NCBI GenBank assembly: GCA_018263655.1
Contig: JAANWY010000334.1
Location: forward strand, 1-32,674
Direction: 5' to 3'
Length of the DNA: 32,674 nucleotides
Source: Anaerolineales bacterium
Lineage (GTDB): Bacteria; Chloroflexota; Anaerolineae; Epilineales; JAANWY01
Under the pieces are notes generated by a model. The model did not search any database and was not told the origin of the DNA. It saw only the letters and a program-made list of their open reading frames with translations. Below, piece by piece: positions 1-7,844 of the stretch; the first letter of the stretch is position 1, and each line of letters begins with the position of its first letter. The translations under genes and the position numbers were made by a program.

Positions 1-12
1 GAAGTGGAGATC

Positions 13-102
13 GTATCGAAGGGTGCGGCTCAAGCAACGCCTCGAGGCAAACCCGCACCCTTCGATACAGCTTTCGCTTCGCTACAGCTTACTCAGGATG
101 CT
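13..102. repeat. REP-like palindrome, same family as the core of MITE-A
   Basis: Perfect inverted repeat gtatcgaagggtgcgg (13-28) / ccgcacccttcgatac (53-68), followed by tactcaggatgct. The same motifs occur inside 197-444. Confidence 0.7.
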
Positions 103-196
103 GGTCAACGAATTAAGCATAATCGGCACCATTATTTACTTGCAGTTCCCTAAAGTGGTCAACATGCCCCTCGGGACACCATGAAGTAAAAAATAG

Positions 197-444
197 GTAA
201 CCGTTCAGGAGGTATTAGGACTAGCATCCCGAGTAGCGCGAAACAACGTTGAGCGCGTATCGAGGGGTGCGGGTTTGCGACGATTCTTCGCGCAAGCCGC
301 ACCCCCTTCGATGAACTCGGGACGTCGCTTCGATACGACCTCGGCTTCGCCTCGGTCTACTCAGGCGGCGTCCTGAGCGGCGTCCTGAGCCTGTCGAAGG
401 GCCTGTCGAAGGGATGCTCCATGGGTTACCCCCTGAACGCTTAC
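197..444. mobile_element. MITE-A copy 1, IS66-type non-autonomous element
   Basis: Terminal inverted repeats GTAACCGTTCAGG / CCTGAACGCTTAC (1 mismatch). Exact 8-bp flanking duplication AAAAATAG at 189-196 and 445-452. Second copy at 25646-25930. GTAA ends with an 8-bp TSD are IS66 hallmarks. Confidence 0.9.
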
Positions 445-547
445 AAAAATAGTTCTGGCTCGGTCTGTAAGCGAAGCGGCGACCGGCCAGAGCGGCATTC
501 ATAGATCCCCCAAGAATCACCGGACGACAAGGAAAGGAGCAAGAGAG

Positions 548-1855
548 ATGGGAAGCAAACTGTTTGGGAAAAACGGCATTACGGTATTCAGGGCGGTTAT
601 CATCTCCGTAGTATTGGCCGTCGTGGTTATGGGATGTGCACCGTCCTCGCCGGCGCCATCACCTACGGAGGCGACGGGAGCCGGCCAAGAGGCCACAGAG
701 GCTCCTGAAGCAGCCGAGGAGGGTGTCACTCTAACCATCGAGCATTTTAGCATCATCGAAGGGACAACCTGGTCGGGCGCCCACGATCGCGCGGGAAAGC
801 GGCTCGCTGAGAAATACCCAAACGTAGAATACGTCTACCGCGAGGAAGTAGGTCCGGACCTCACCGTTCCCTACGCCGAAGAGTTGATCTCTAACGGGGC
901 CGACATTGTCGTCGGTAACGCAGAGTTCATGGGGCTGCCCCTGGAGGATATCGCTGATAAGTATCCGGACGTTTATTTCGCCTCGGTCATCGCCAGTGAT
1001 CTGAGCACGCAGCGGAACTTCATCAGGTTCTTCCCCAGGCAATATCAGGCGCTGTACCTGGAAGGCCTCATCGCTGGGGCGTTGACCGAGACCGGTAACA
1101 TCGGCATCGTCTCGGCATTCCCATCGGGCCAGGTCGCCCGGCGGCAGAACGGCTTTTACCTCGGGGTGCAGGATGCGGCCGAGATGCTTGGAAAAGACAT
1201 CACGGTGTATGTGAAGTACGCCGGCGACTGGTACCTGCCCTCGGAAGAGCGCGATATCGCGAAAACCTTGATCTCTCAGTACGACGTGGACGTCTTGACC
1301 CAGCAGACCGATTCCGGCTCCCCGCTGGACGTGGCCCAAGAAGAGGGCATCTGGTTCGTGGGGAAGGACATGGACATCGTAGGGTTCTACGGCTGGGCCG
1401 GCACGGATACGGTAGCCGTGTCCTTCGATACGCGTTGGGAAGTCCTCTACGATCAGATGACCCGGGATTGGATGGCCGGCAAGGACGATCCGGCAACGGT
1501 GCTGTACTTGGGCATGGACAGCAGTATGACGCTGGCTGACGGGACAGAGGTTGCCACTGTCGACATCATGAACGACGGCAAGGTGGGGGTTGACGCCATC
1601 AGTCCAGCGGCACGACCATCGGTGCCGGATGAGATCGTAGAACTCGTCGAGCAGAGGCGAGAGCAGATGATGAACGGCGAGTGGGATCCGTTCGCCGAGC
1701 GCGAGTTCGTGAGCAACGGAACCGGCTTTGCGCTGGAGAATTTGCCGATTCCGGATGCTGGGGCAGTGGTCAAGCCGGCCGGCGAAATGCCGTCGAGCGA
1801 GTGGCTGCTTTCACAGTTCAACTTCGACCTGGAAGGCATGCAGATATTGGAGTAA
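548..1855 (+). CDS. BMP family ABC transporter substrate-binding lipoprotein (nucleoside/nucleobase, PnrA/Med-like)
   Basis: Signal peptide with lipobox VVMG-C and a P/A/E-rich linker. BMP motifs WSGAHDRA, YLEGLIAGALTETGNIG, DVLTQQTDS. RBS AAGGAG. Lies upstream of a Nup-type ABC ATPase and permeases. Confidence 0.88.
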   Translation: MGSKLFGKNGITVFRAVIISVVLAVVVMGCAPSSPAPSPTEATGAGQEATEAPEAAEEGVTLTIEHFSIIEGTTWSGAHDRAGKRLAEKYPNVEYVYREEVGPDLTVPYAEELISNGADIVVGNAEFMGLPLEDIADKYPDVYFASVIASDLSTQRNFIRFFPRQYQALYLEGLIAGALTETGNIGIVSAFPSGQVARRQNGFYLGVQDAAEMLGKDITVYVKYAGDWYLPSEERDIAKTLISQYDVDVLTQQTDSGSPLDVAQEEGIWFVGKDMDIVGFYGWAGTDTVAVSFDTRWEVLYDQMTRDWMAGKDDPATVLYLGMDSSMTLADGTEVATVDIMNDGKVGVDAISPAARPSVPDEIVELVEQRREQMMNGEWDPFAEREFVSNGTGFALENLPIPDAGAVVKPAGEMPSSEWLLSQFNFDLEGMQILE

Positions 1856-1952
1856 GATATGGAGAATGGAAGATGGAAAATGGAGGGACGGAGAATGGAC
1901 TTCCCCTTTCCATCTTCCATTCCCCCCTTTCCATCTTCCCCCCTTCCATCTG
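1856..1952. repeat. Inverted array of heptamer tandem repeats (ATGGARA / TTCCATC), hairpin-forming
   Basis: atggaga atggaag atggaaa atggagg ... ttccatc ttccatt ... directly after the BMP stop codon. Confidence 0.75.
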
Positions 1953-2101
1953 CTTCTAGAAACCAGCCAAGTTTCTGGTCCCAACCTTCTTAAATATCCA
2001 ATGTCAAATATCCAGTTCCCCATATTTTGGTGGTCGAAATACCGACTTTAGCTCTGAGGATAGAACAGTTTTAACGGAGAGAATCCCAGGAGGAGAGATA
2101 G

Positions 2102-3676
2102 ATGCAAGCAGGGCTCCTGGACGGGGTACAATATGGAGACACGGTCTTAGAGGCGCGGGGAATCACCAAGCGATTCCCGGGCGTCGTCGCGAATGACCAC
2201 ATCGATTTCGAGATAAGGGCCGGCGAGATTCACGCCATCCTCGGGGAGAATGGCGCCGGGAAGACTACCCTGATGAATATCCTGTTCGGACTGTTGCAGC
2301 CCGACGAGGGCGAGCTCTATATCGGCGGTAAGAGAGTCGAGTTCAGGTCACCGCTGGATGCCATCGATCTGGGGATCGGGATGGTTCATCAAAACCGCAA
2401 ACTGGTGTCTGCTCACACGGTGATCGAAAACATCATCCTCGGGCGCCCGCGGGCTGGGACAGTCCTGAACCTGAAGCGGGCGGAGGAGGAAGTCAACGAA
2501 CTCTGCGAGAGATACGGGTTCAAGATAGACCTCCGGGCGAAAGTCTGGCAGCTTTCAGAGGGAGAAAAGCAAATCGCCGAGATCCTGAAGGCCCTCTATC
2601 GCGGCGCCAAGGTCCTCATCCTGGACGAGCCGACTTCCGCGCTGGCGCCTCCTCAAACGAAGAACCTCTTGGCATCCATCCAAGCCATGGCTAGCGACGA
2701 ACTCGCCATCGTCCCTTTCATCACCCACAAGTTACCCATCGTGCTGGAGATCAGCGACCGGGTGACGGTTTTGAGACGCGGGAAAGTCACCGCTCGCTTA
2801 GAGACGCAGGACGCAACGGAGGAGAGCCTGGCCAGGCAAATGGTGGGGCGCGAAGTCATCTTCAGGGTCGAGAGCACGAAGGTTGAGACGGGGAAACGAA
2901 TACTCCAAGTAGAAAACCTTTCCACTCGCAGCGACAAAGGGTTTCTGGCGTTGAAGGGTGTTTCGTTTTCCATTCGTGAAGGCGAAATCTTCGGCATAGC
3001 CGGCATCTCCGGCAATGGGCAACACGAGCTAGCCGAAGTGCTCGCCGGCCTCCGCAAGGCGGAGGAGGGGCAAGTGATTCTTGAAGGCCAAGACATCACT
3101 CATTCCTCCAGCTTAGAAAGATGGCGGATGGGTGTAGGCTACATCCCCTCCGAGCGCGTAGATGTGGGTTCGATCGGCGATTTCTCCCTCGTGGAAAATG
3201 TCGCGATGAACTTCTACTTCGATGACGATTTCTCCGGGCCGGGAATCGTGAATTACGGCGATATACGGCAGCTCACAGAAGAACTCATCTCCGAGTACGA
3301 TGTGGCCGCCCCGAGTCCAGACACGAAGGCTAAGAACCTCTCTGGCGGAAACCTCCAAAAAATCATCCTGGCGCGCGTGCTGGCACGCAAACCGCGGCTC
3401 GTGATCGCCAATCTGCCGACTCAGGGACTTGACGTCGGGGCGACGGAGTTTGTGCGGAACAAGCTCGTGGAGGCGAAGGAGGCAAAAGCCGGCGTTCTCC
3501 TCATCTCCGAGGATCTCGATGAGGTTTTGTCGTTGAGTGACCGGGTGGCACCGATTTATGAAGGCAAGTTCATGGGCATCATCCCGGGGGACGTGGCCAA
3601 GCTGGAGCAGGTGGGCGCGATGATGGCCGGCTTGCGACTGGAGGGAAATATAATAGAGGAGACAGGGGACACATGA
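2102..3676 (+). CDS. ABC transporter ATP-binding protein, double ABC domain (NupA/YufO-like)
   Basis: Walker A GENGAGKT, Walker B LILDEPT; second domain GISGNGQ, LSGGNLQK, PTQGLDVGA. RBS AGGAGG. Confidence 0.95.
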   Translation: MQAGLLDGVQYGDTVLEARGITKRFPGVVANDHIDFEIRAGEIHAILGENGAGKTTLMNILFGLLQPDEGELYIGGKRVEFRSPLDAIDLGIGMVHQNRKLVSAHTVIENIILGRPRAGTVLNLKRAEEEVNELCERYGFKIDLRAKVWQLSEGEKQIAEILKALYRGAKVLILDEPTSALAPPQTKNLLASIQAMASDELAIVPFITHKLPIVLEISDRVTVLRRGKVTARLETQDATEESLARQMVGREVIFRVESTKVETGKRILQVENLSTRSDKGFLALKGVSFSIREGEIFGIAGISGNGQHELAEVLAGLRKAEEGQVILEGQDITHSSSLERWRMGVGYIPSERVDVGSIGDFSLVENVAMNFYFDDDFSGPGIVNYGDIRQLTEELISEYDVAAPSPDTKAKNLSGGNLQKIILARVLARKPRLVIANLPTQGLDVGATEFVRNKLVEAKEAKAGVLLISEDLDEVLSLSDRVAPIYEGKFMGIIPGDVAKLEQVGAMMAGLRLEGNIIEETGDT

Positions 3677-4788
3677 GGATCGGTGGCTGTCAATTGAAAC
3701 TCGAGCAGCGGGTGACGCTAGCCGGCTGGGAGGCAGCGCTCATGTCGATCCTCGCCATCGTCTTCGCCCTCTTCCTCTTCGGCTTCGTCTTCATCCTGGA
3801 CGACGTCGACCCGCTGTCGGCTTATCAGGAGATCTTTTCCTTCGCGTTTGCAAATCCTTATGGCCTGCCGCTGACGATCAACAGGTTCATATTCCTGTTG
3901 CTGTGTACATTCGCATTCATCATCCCGTTTAAGGCTGGGCTCTGGAACATCGGAATGGCGGGGCAGCTTTACGCCGGCGCGTTGGCCGCATTCGGTGCCC
4001 TGTTTGCCTTTGGTGGAAAAGAGCTTCCGTCCCCGGATCTTTCTCCTGGAATCGTCATCCCACTTATGTTGATGGCAGCGGCCCTGGGCGGTGCAGGGGT
4101 TGGAGCCATTGCCGGGTTTCTGAAGGGGAAGTACAACATCAACGAGATTGTGGTGACCATGATGCTGAATTTCATCGCTTTCTGGCTGGTTGCCTACATG
4201 ATCAAAGAGGGAGGTCCCTTCATGAATCCTGGCGGGAGAGGTGAGAGCTTTGAGCTCCCCTCTTCTGTATACGCGCCCTTGGTCATGGACGTCCCCTTCA
4301 CCATTTTCCTCGTCCTCGGGATAGCCGTGTTGCTGTACTTCCTGTTCGCCAAATCCAAAATCGGATATCAGATCAAGGCCCACGGTCATAACCCGGCTGC
4401 GGCCCGATATGCCGGCATCAGTACATTCAAGATACCGCTCTGGGTCTTTGTCGTGGGAGGGGGGCTGGCCGGCCTGGCTGGATATCACTATTTCGCCGCG
4501 GTTCCCGGTGTCTACAAGATCGCGCGGAACTACGGGTTTTTCGGCGATCTAGCCTTCTATGGTATCATATGTGGGCTGATCTCTCTCGGAAACCCCCTAG
4601 CCGCGATTCCCGTAACGCTGCTCTTCGGGGGATTGTCTATCGGTGGCCGATTCGTCCAGGGCAAACTCAATATGGGTTTCGGTTTGGATTATGCTCTGCT
4701 CGGCGTTTTGATGATTACGCTCGTCGCTTTCCAGTTCTTTTACCGCTATAAGCTTGTCCTGAGCCCGTCGAAGGGATCGTATTGGTAG
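3673..4788 (+). CDS. ABC transporter permease (NupB/YufP-like)
   Basis: Multi-TM protein with GLWNIGMAGQ, INEIVVTMMLN, GHNPAAARYAGI. ATGA overlap with the ATPase. Confidence 0.92.
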   Translation: MRIGGCQLKLEQRVTLAGWEAALMSILAIVFALFLFGFVFILDDVDPLSAYQEIFSFAFANPYGLPLTINRFIFLLLCTFAFIIPFKAGLWNIGMAGQLYAGALAAFGALFAFGGKELPSPDLSPGIVIPLMLMAAALGGAGVGAIAGFLKGKYNINEIVVTMMLNFIAFWLVAYMIKEGGPFMNPGGRGESFELPSSVYAPLVMDVPFTIFLVLGIAVLLYFLFAKSKIGYQIKAHGHNPAAARYAGISTFKIPLWVFVVGGGLAGLAGYHYFAAVPGVYKIARNYGFFGDLAFYGIICGLISLGNPLAAIPVTLLFGGLSIGGRFVQGKLNMGFGLDYALLGVLMITLVAFQFFYRYKLVLSPSKGSYW

Positions 4789-4909
4789 GGTATGATCATC
4801 GTTTCGGCCACTAGCTCGGCTTGGATTGCCAAATCCAAGCCATAACCGCTGGATTTGGCAATCCAGCGGGAGCAGGCGGAAGCCAATGGCCGAAACGATG
4901 ATCAAGGCT
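4788..4909. mobile_element. MITE-B copy 1 (122 bp palindromic element)
   Basis: Inverted repeats tgatcatcgtttcggcca / tggccgaaacgatgatca. Exact 8-bp flanking duplication TATTGGTA (4780-4787, 4910-4917). Near-identical inverted copy at 15633-15755. Confidence 0.85.
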
Positions 4910-4951
4910 TATTGGTAAAGATAACAGGGAGAACGGAGGAGAAGCGATTAG

Positions 4952-5827
4952 ATGTGGGAGTTTATCGCTAGAAGCCTAGAGGCCTCGACGATTTTCACCG
5001 TTGCCGCTCTCGGCGAGCTCATCGACCAGCGCTCGGGCATTCTGAACGTTGGGATTGAGGGGGTGATGCTTTTTGGCGCCACCTTCGGTTTCATCGCCGC
5101 CCAATCTACGGATAGTTACTTGCTCGGCTTTTTGGTGGGGATTGCTATCGGCAGCCTGCTGGGCCTGCTCCACGGCTTCTTTTCCGTCACGCTGGGCGCC
5201 GATCAGGTGGTGGTCGGGATGGGCATCTGGATCTTCGGCTTCGGCCTCACGACCTACATCGGCAACCCGTACACCGGACCATTGGGGATGGAGAGGGTCC
5301 CGCCTATTTTCGGGCTTTCCCCCTTCTTTTACCTCGGAATCGTGCTGGCAGCCGTTTCGTGGTTCACGCTCTCCAAAACGAACCTGGGCCTGAGGATAAG
5401 ATCGGTGGGGGAGAACCCATCGGTCGCGGAAGTTTCGGGTATAAATGTCACGAGGACCCGCTATCTGTGTGTCACAATCGGTGGGATGTTGGGGGGGCTC
5501 GCGGGTGCAATTTACTCCCTGTTCTACAACCCGGTCTGGAACTACAATTTTCTCATGGGCTGGGGTTTCATCGCGCTGGCCCTCGTCTTTTTCTCCATGT
5601 GGAATCCTTGGGTCCTGCTGGGTGGCTCTTTGCTTTTCGGAACCTTGTGGCAACTATCGCTCAACCCACAACTCGTACTCCCCGGCCTCCTGTCCAGGTA
5701 CATCTGGCGGACGATTCCCTTTGCCGTAACCATCGGGGTACTGCTGATCATCTCGACAGCGTGGTTTCGGCGCCGATGGGGGGCAGCAAAACCTGAAGCG
5801 CTCGGAGAACCCTACGTAAAAGAGTAA
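4952..5827 (+). CDS. ABC transporter permease (NupC/YufQ-like)
   Basis: AALGELIDQRSGILNVGIEG, GENPSVAEVSGINV, GWGFIALALV, C-terminal PEALGEPY. Confidence 0.93.
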   Translation: MWEFIARSLEASTIFTVAALGELIDQRSGILNVGIEGVMLFGATFGFIAAQSTDSYLLGFLVGIAIGSLLGLLHGFFSVTLGADQVVVGMGIWIFGFGLTTYIGNPYTGPLGMERVPPIFGLSPFFYLGIVLAAVSWFTLSKTNLGLRIRSVGENPSVAEVSGINVTRTRYLCVTIGGMLGGLAGAIYSLFYNPVWNYNFLMGWGFIALALVFFSMWNPWVLLGGSLLFGTLWQLSLNPQLVLPGLLSRYIWRTIPFAVTIGVLLIISTAWFRRRWGAAKPEALGEPYVKE

Positions 5828-5849
5828 GTAGCCGCCAGCCCAAATGCGG

Positions 5850-5878
5850 TTGACACCACCCAAGCTGACGTATACAAT
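5850..5878 (+). promoter_or_regulatory. Sigma70-type promoter upstream of the CoA ligase/catabolic genes
   Basis: TTGACA (5850-5855), 17 bp spacer, TACAAT (5873-5878). Confidence 0.7.
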
Positions 5879-5976
5879 TTTGGCCCAGAGGGTGTGGGAA
5901 ATCGGGAAGGTGACACCAAGACCGTGAATCGGGAGCGTGCTGAATTTGAAGTGACGCCAAGCGGCGAGTAGGATTT

Positions 5977-7491
5977 ATGAATCTCCACGATCTTTTCGCA
6001 ATTGCTCGACACCGGACCCCCGATAAGCTCGCTCTGCAGTTTCGAACGGGGGACAAGCCGGCAGAAACGTTTAGCTACGCCGAACTTTTCGGCGCCGCTG
6101 ACCGCCTCGCCGCCGGCCTCCATGATTGGGGCCTCCAGAAGGGCGATCACGTCGCCTTCTACCTGGACAATTGCCCCGAGTTCGTCATCGCCTACCTGGC
6201 CGTGATTCGGCTGGGGGCCGTGATGGTGCCCATCAACCGGCGCTATCGCCGGCGCGAAATCGGCCACATCCTGACCGACGGCACGCCGCGCCTGCTCATC
6301 ACGGAAGCGGCGCAGCTCCCCATCCTGGACGACGTCGACGCCGAAGCTAAAGCCAGTCTGGAGGACATTCTCGTCGTCGAAGACTTGAGCGAGTGGCAAA
6401 CCGACGCTGCCGAGTTCGCGCCCCCCGTCGTCGAGGGTGACGATACGGCGTTGATCATGTACACGTCCGGCACGACCGGACGCAGCAAAGGCGCCATGAT
6501 CAGCCACAACAACGTTCTGGCGACGATGACGGGCTTGCTTTCAGCCTGGGCCTGGGAGCACGACGACGTGCTGTTGCTCGTATTGCCCCTGTTTCACACC
6601 CACGGACTCGTGGTGGGATTGCACTGCGCGCTGGCCGCCGGCGCCACCACGCTCCTACGTCGCAAATTCGACTCAACGGAAACCGTGAACGAGCTGCTGA
6701 GCGGTGAGTCGACGCTGTTCTTCGCCGTGCCGACGATCTACGTCCGCGTCGTGGATGAGTTGCGCCAACGGTCTGAGCCCATCGACATGAGCCACATGCG
6801 ACTGTTCTGTTCCGGGAGTGCGCCGCTGGCTCCAGAGACGCTCAAGGCCTTTCGCGATCTGACCGGCCACACGATTCTGGAGCGCTACGGCATGACGGAG
6901 ACTGGCATGAATCTGAGTAACCACTACGCCGGCCCGCGCGTGCCCGGCAGTGTCGGCGCCCCGCTGCCCGGCGTTGCCATGCGCATCGTGAACGAGCAGG
7001 GCGAGGATGTCACGCCTGGCGAGGAAGGTGAAATCTGGCTACGCGGCAGTAACGTGTTCAGTAGTTACTGGCAGGCACCGGAGAAAACCTTAGAAAGTTT
7101 TACGCGCGATGCGTTAGGCCGGCGCTGGTTTCACACCGGCGATATGGCGCGACAGGATCCGGAATCTGGCTACGTCACGCTGCTGGGCCGGCAGCACGAT
7201 CTCATCATCAGCGGCGGTTTCAACATCTATCCCCGCGAAATCGAGGAGACGCTGACGACGTTCGCCGGCGTGCGCGAGGCTGCCGTGATCGGTGCACCAC
7301 ATCCCGAATGGGGCGAGGTTCCGGTGGCCTGCCTCGTCGTGGAACACGAGATTGATGAAGACGAAATCATCGCTTTTTGCAAGAGAGAGCTTGCCGGCTT
7401 CAAGGCGCCGCGCGAGTTCCGCTACTTCGACGAACTGCCGCGCAATGCTATGGGCAAGCTCCAGAAGCATTTGATTGAGTTAGAGGACTGA
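5977..7491 (+). CDS. Acyl-CoA synthetase, malonyl-CoA synthetase (MatB/ACSF3)-like
   Basis: AMP-binding YTSGTTGRSKG, LPLFHTHGL, the MatB-typical ILERYGMTE, FHTGD, LPRNAMGKLQK. Confidence 0.85.
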   Translation: MNLHDLFAIARHRTPDKLALQFRTGDKPAETFSYAELFGAADRLAAGLHDWGLQKGDHVAFYLDNCPEFVIAYLAVIRLGAVMVPINRRYRRREIGHILTDGTPRLLITEAAQLPILDDVDAEAKASLEDILVVEDLSEWQTDAAEFAPPVVEGDDTALIMYTSGTTGRSKGAMISHNNVLATMTGLLSAWAWEHDDVLLLVLPLFHTHGLVVGLHCALAAGATTLLRRKFDSTETVNELLSGESTLFFAVPTIYVRVVDELRQRSEPIDMSHMRLFCSGSAPLAPETLKAFRDLTGHTILERYGMTETGMNLSNHYAGPRVPGSVGAPLPGVAMRIVNEQGEDVTPGEEGEIWLRGSNVFSSYWQAPEKTLESFTRDALGRRWFHTGDMARQDPESGYVTLLGRQHDLIISGGFNIYPREIEETLTTFAGVREAAVIGAPHPEWGEVPVACLVVEHEIDEDEIIAFCKRELAGFKAPREFRYFDELPRNAMGKLQKHLIELED

Positions 7492-7509
7492 TGAGCTACC
7501 AAGAAGAGA

Positions 7510-7620
7510 GCCATCGAATGAATTCGACGTCTGGTAATGAAAAACCCGTTAAAACGGGTTGCCATAACTCGACGCGTTTTAACGCGTTCTCCGTATCAGC
7601 TGCGAATTCATTCGCGGTGC
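7510..7620. repeat. REP-like nested palindrome
   Basis: cgaatgaattcg (7515-7526) / cgaattcattcg (7603-7614) enclosing the hairpins aacccgttaaaacgggtt and acgcgttttaacgcgt. Confidence 0.7.
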
Positions 7621-7663
7621 CACGACGAACTGCCCCAGTTCCCTCCAACAACCTCCATCCATT

Positions 7664-7711
7664 ATGACAATCATCAAGTCCGACGTCCGCCCCGGTGTCT
7701 ACTACGATTCT
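7664..7711 (+). pseudogene. Remnant 5' end of a second fdrA allele
   Basis: MTIIKSDVRPGVYYDS aligns ungapped from Met with the FdrA N-terminus MSATKVEIRSGAYYDS (9026), 8/16 identical. Similarity then stops. Confidence 0.65.
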
Positions 7712-7808
7712 CAAAACGGGTTGGGGGCTCGGTCGGAGACCGGCCCCAGCGGCAGATTGCTACCCTCTGCGCGAGCCAGATCCCACGCTCGATCAGCCAC
7801 GATAGCTT

Positions 7809-7837
7809 TTGACAGGCCGGCCTTCACAGCCTATACT
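7809..7837 (+). promoter_or_regulatory. Sigma70-type promoter, probably giving a leaderless rpn mRNA
   Basis: TTGACA (7809-7814), 17 bp spacer, TATACT (7832-7837). ATG at 7845 follows 7 nt later with no RBS. Confidence 0.72.
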
Positions 7838-7844
7838 TGTTGGC

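Noticed and set aside
221-520. ORFs 221-520(-), 15491-15769, 23399-23644(-), 25393-25945 and 30293-30604
   Set aside because: They are translations of MITE/REP palindromes (e.g. PSTGSG, VIASxxCEAI peptides) with no RBS or protein-family signal.
5880-5976. Possible riboswitch in the CoA-ligase leader (gggaa...gggaagg resembles cobalamin elements)
   Set aside because: Too short and lacking the rest of the consensus; no purine riboswitch pattern seen. An Rfam scan would settle it.
7809-7844. ORF-track starts at 7809, 11461, 12756, 17469, 17954, 26884 and 31358
   Set aside because: These upstream extensions run through promoter or repeat DNA or lack an RBS. Better starts are 7845, 11485, 12819, 17532, 18041, 26956 and 31397.
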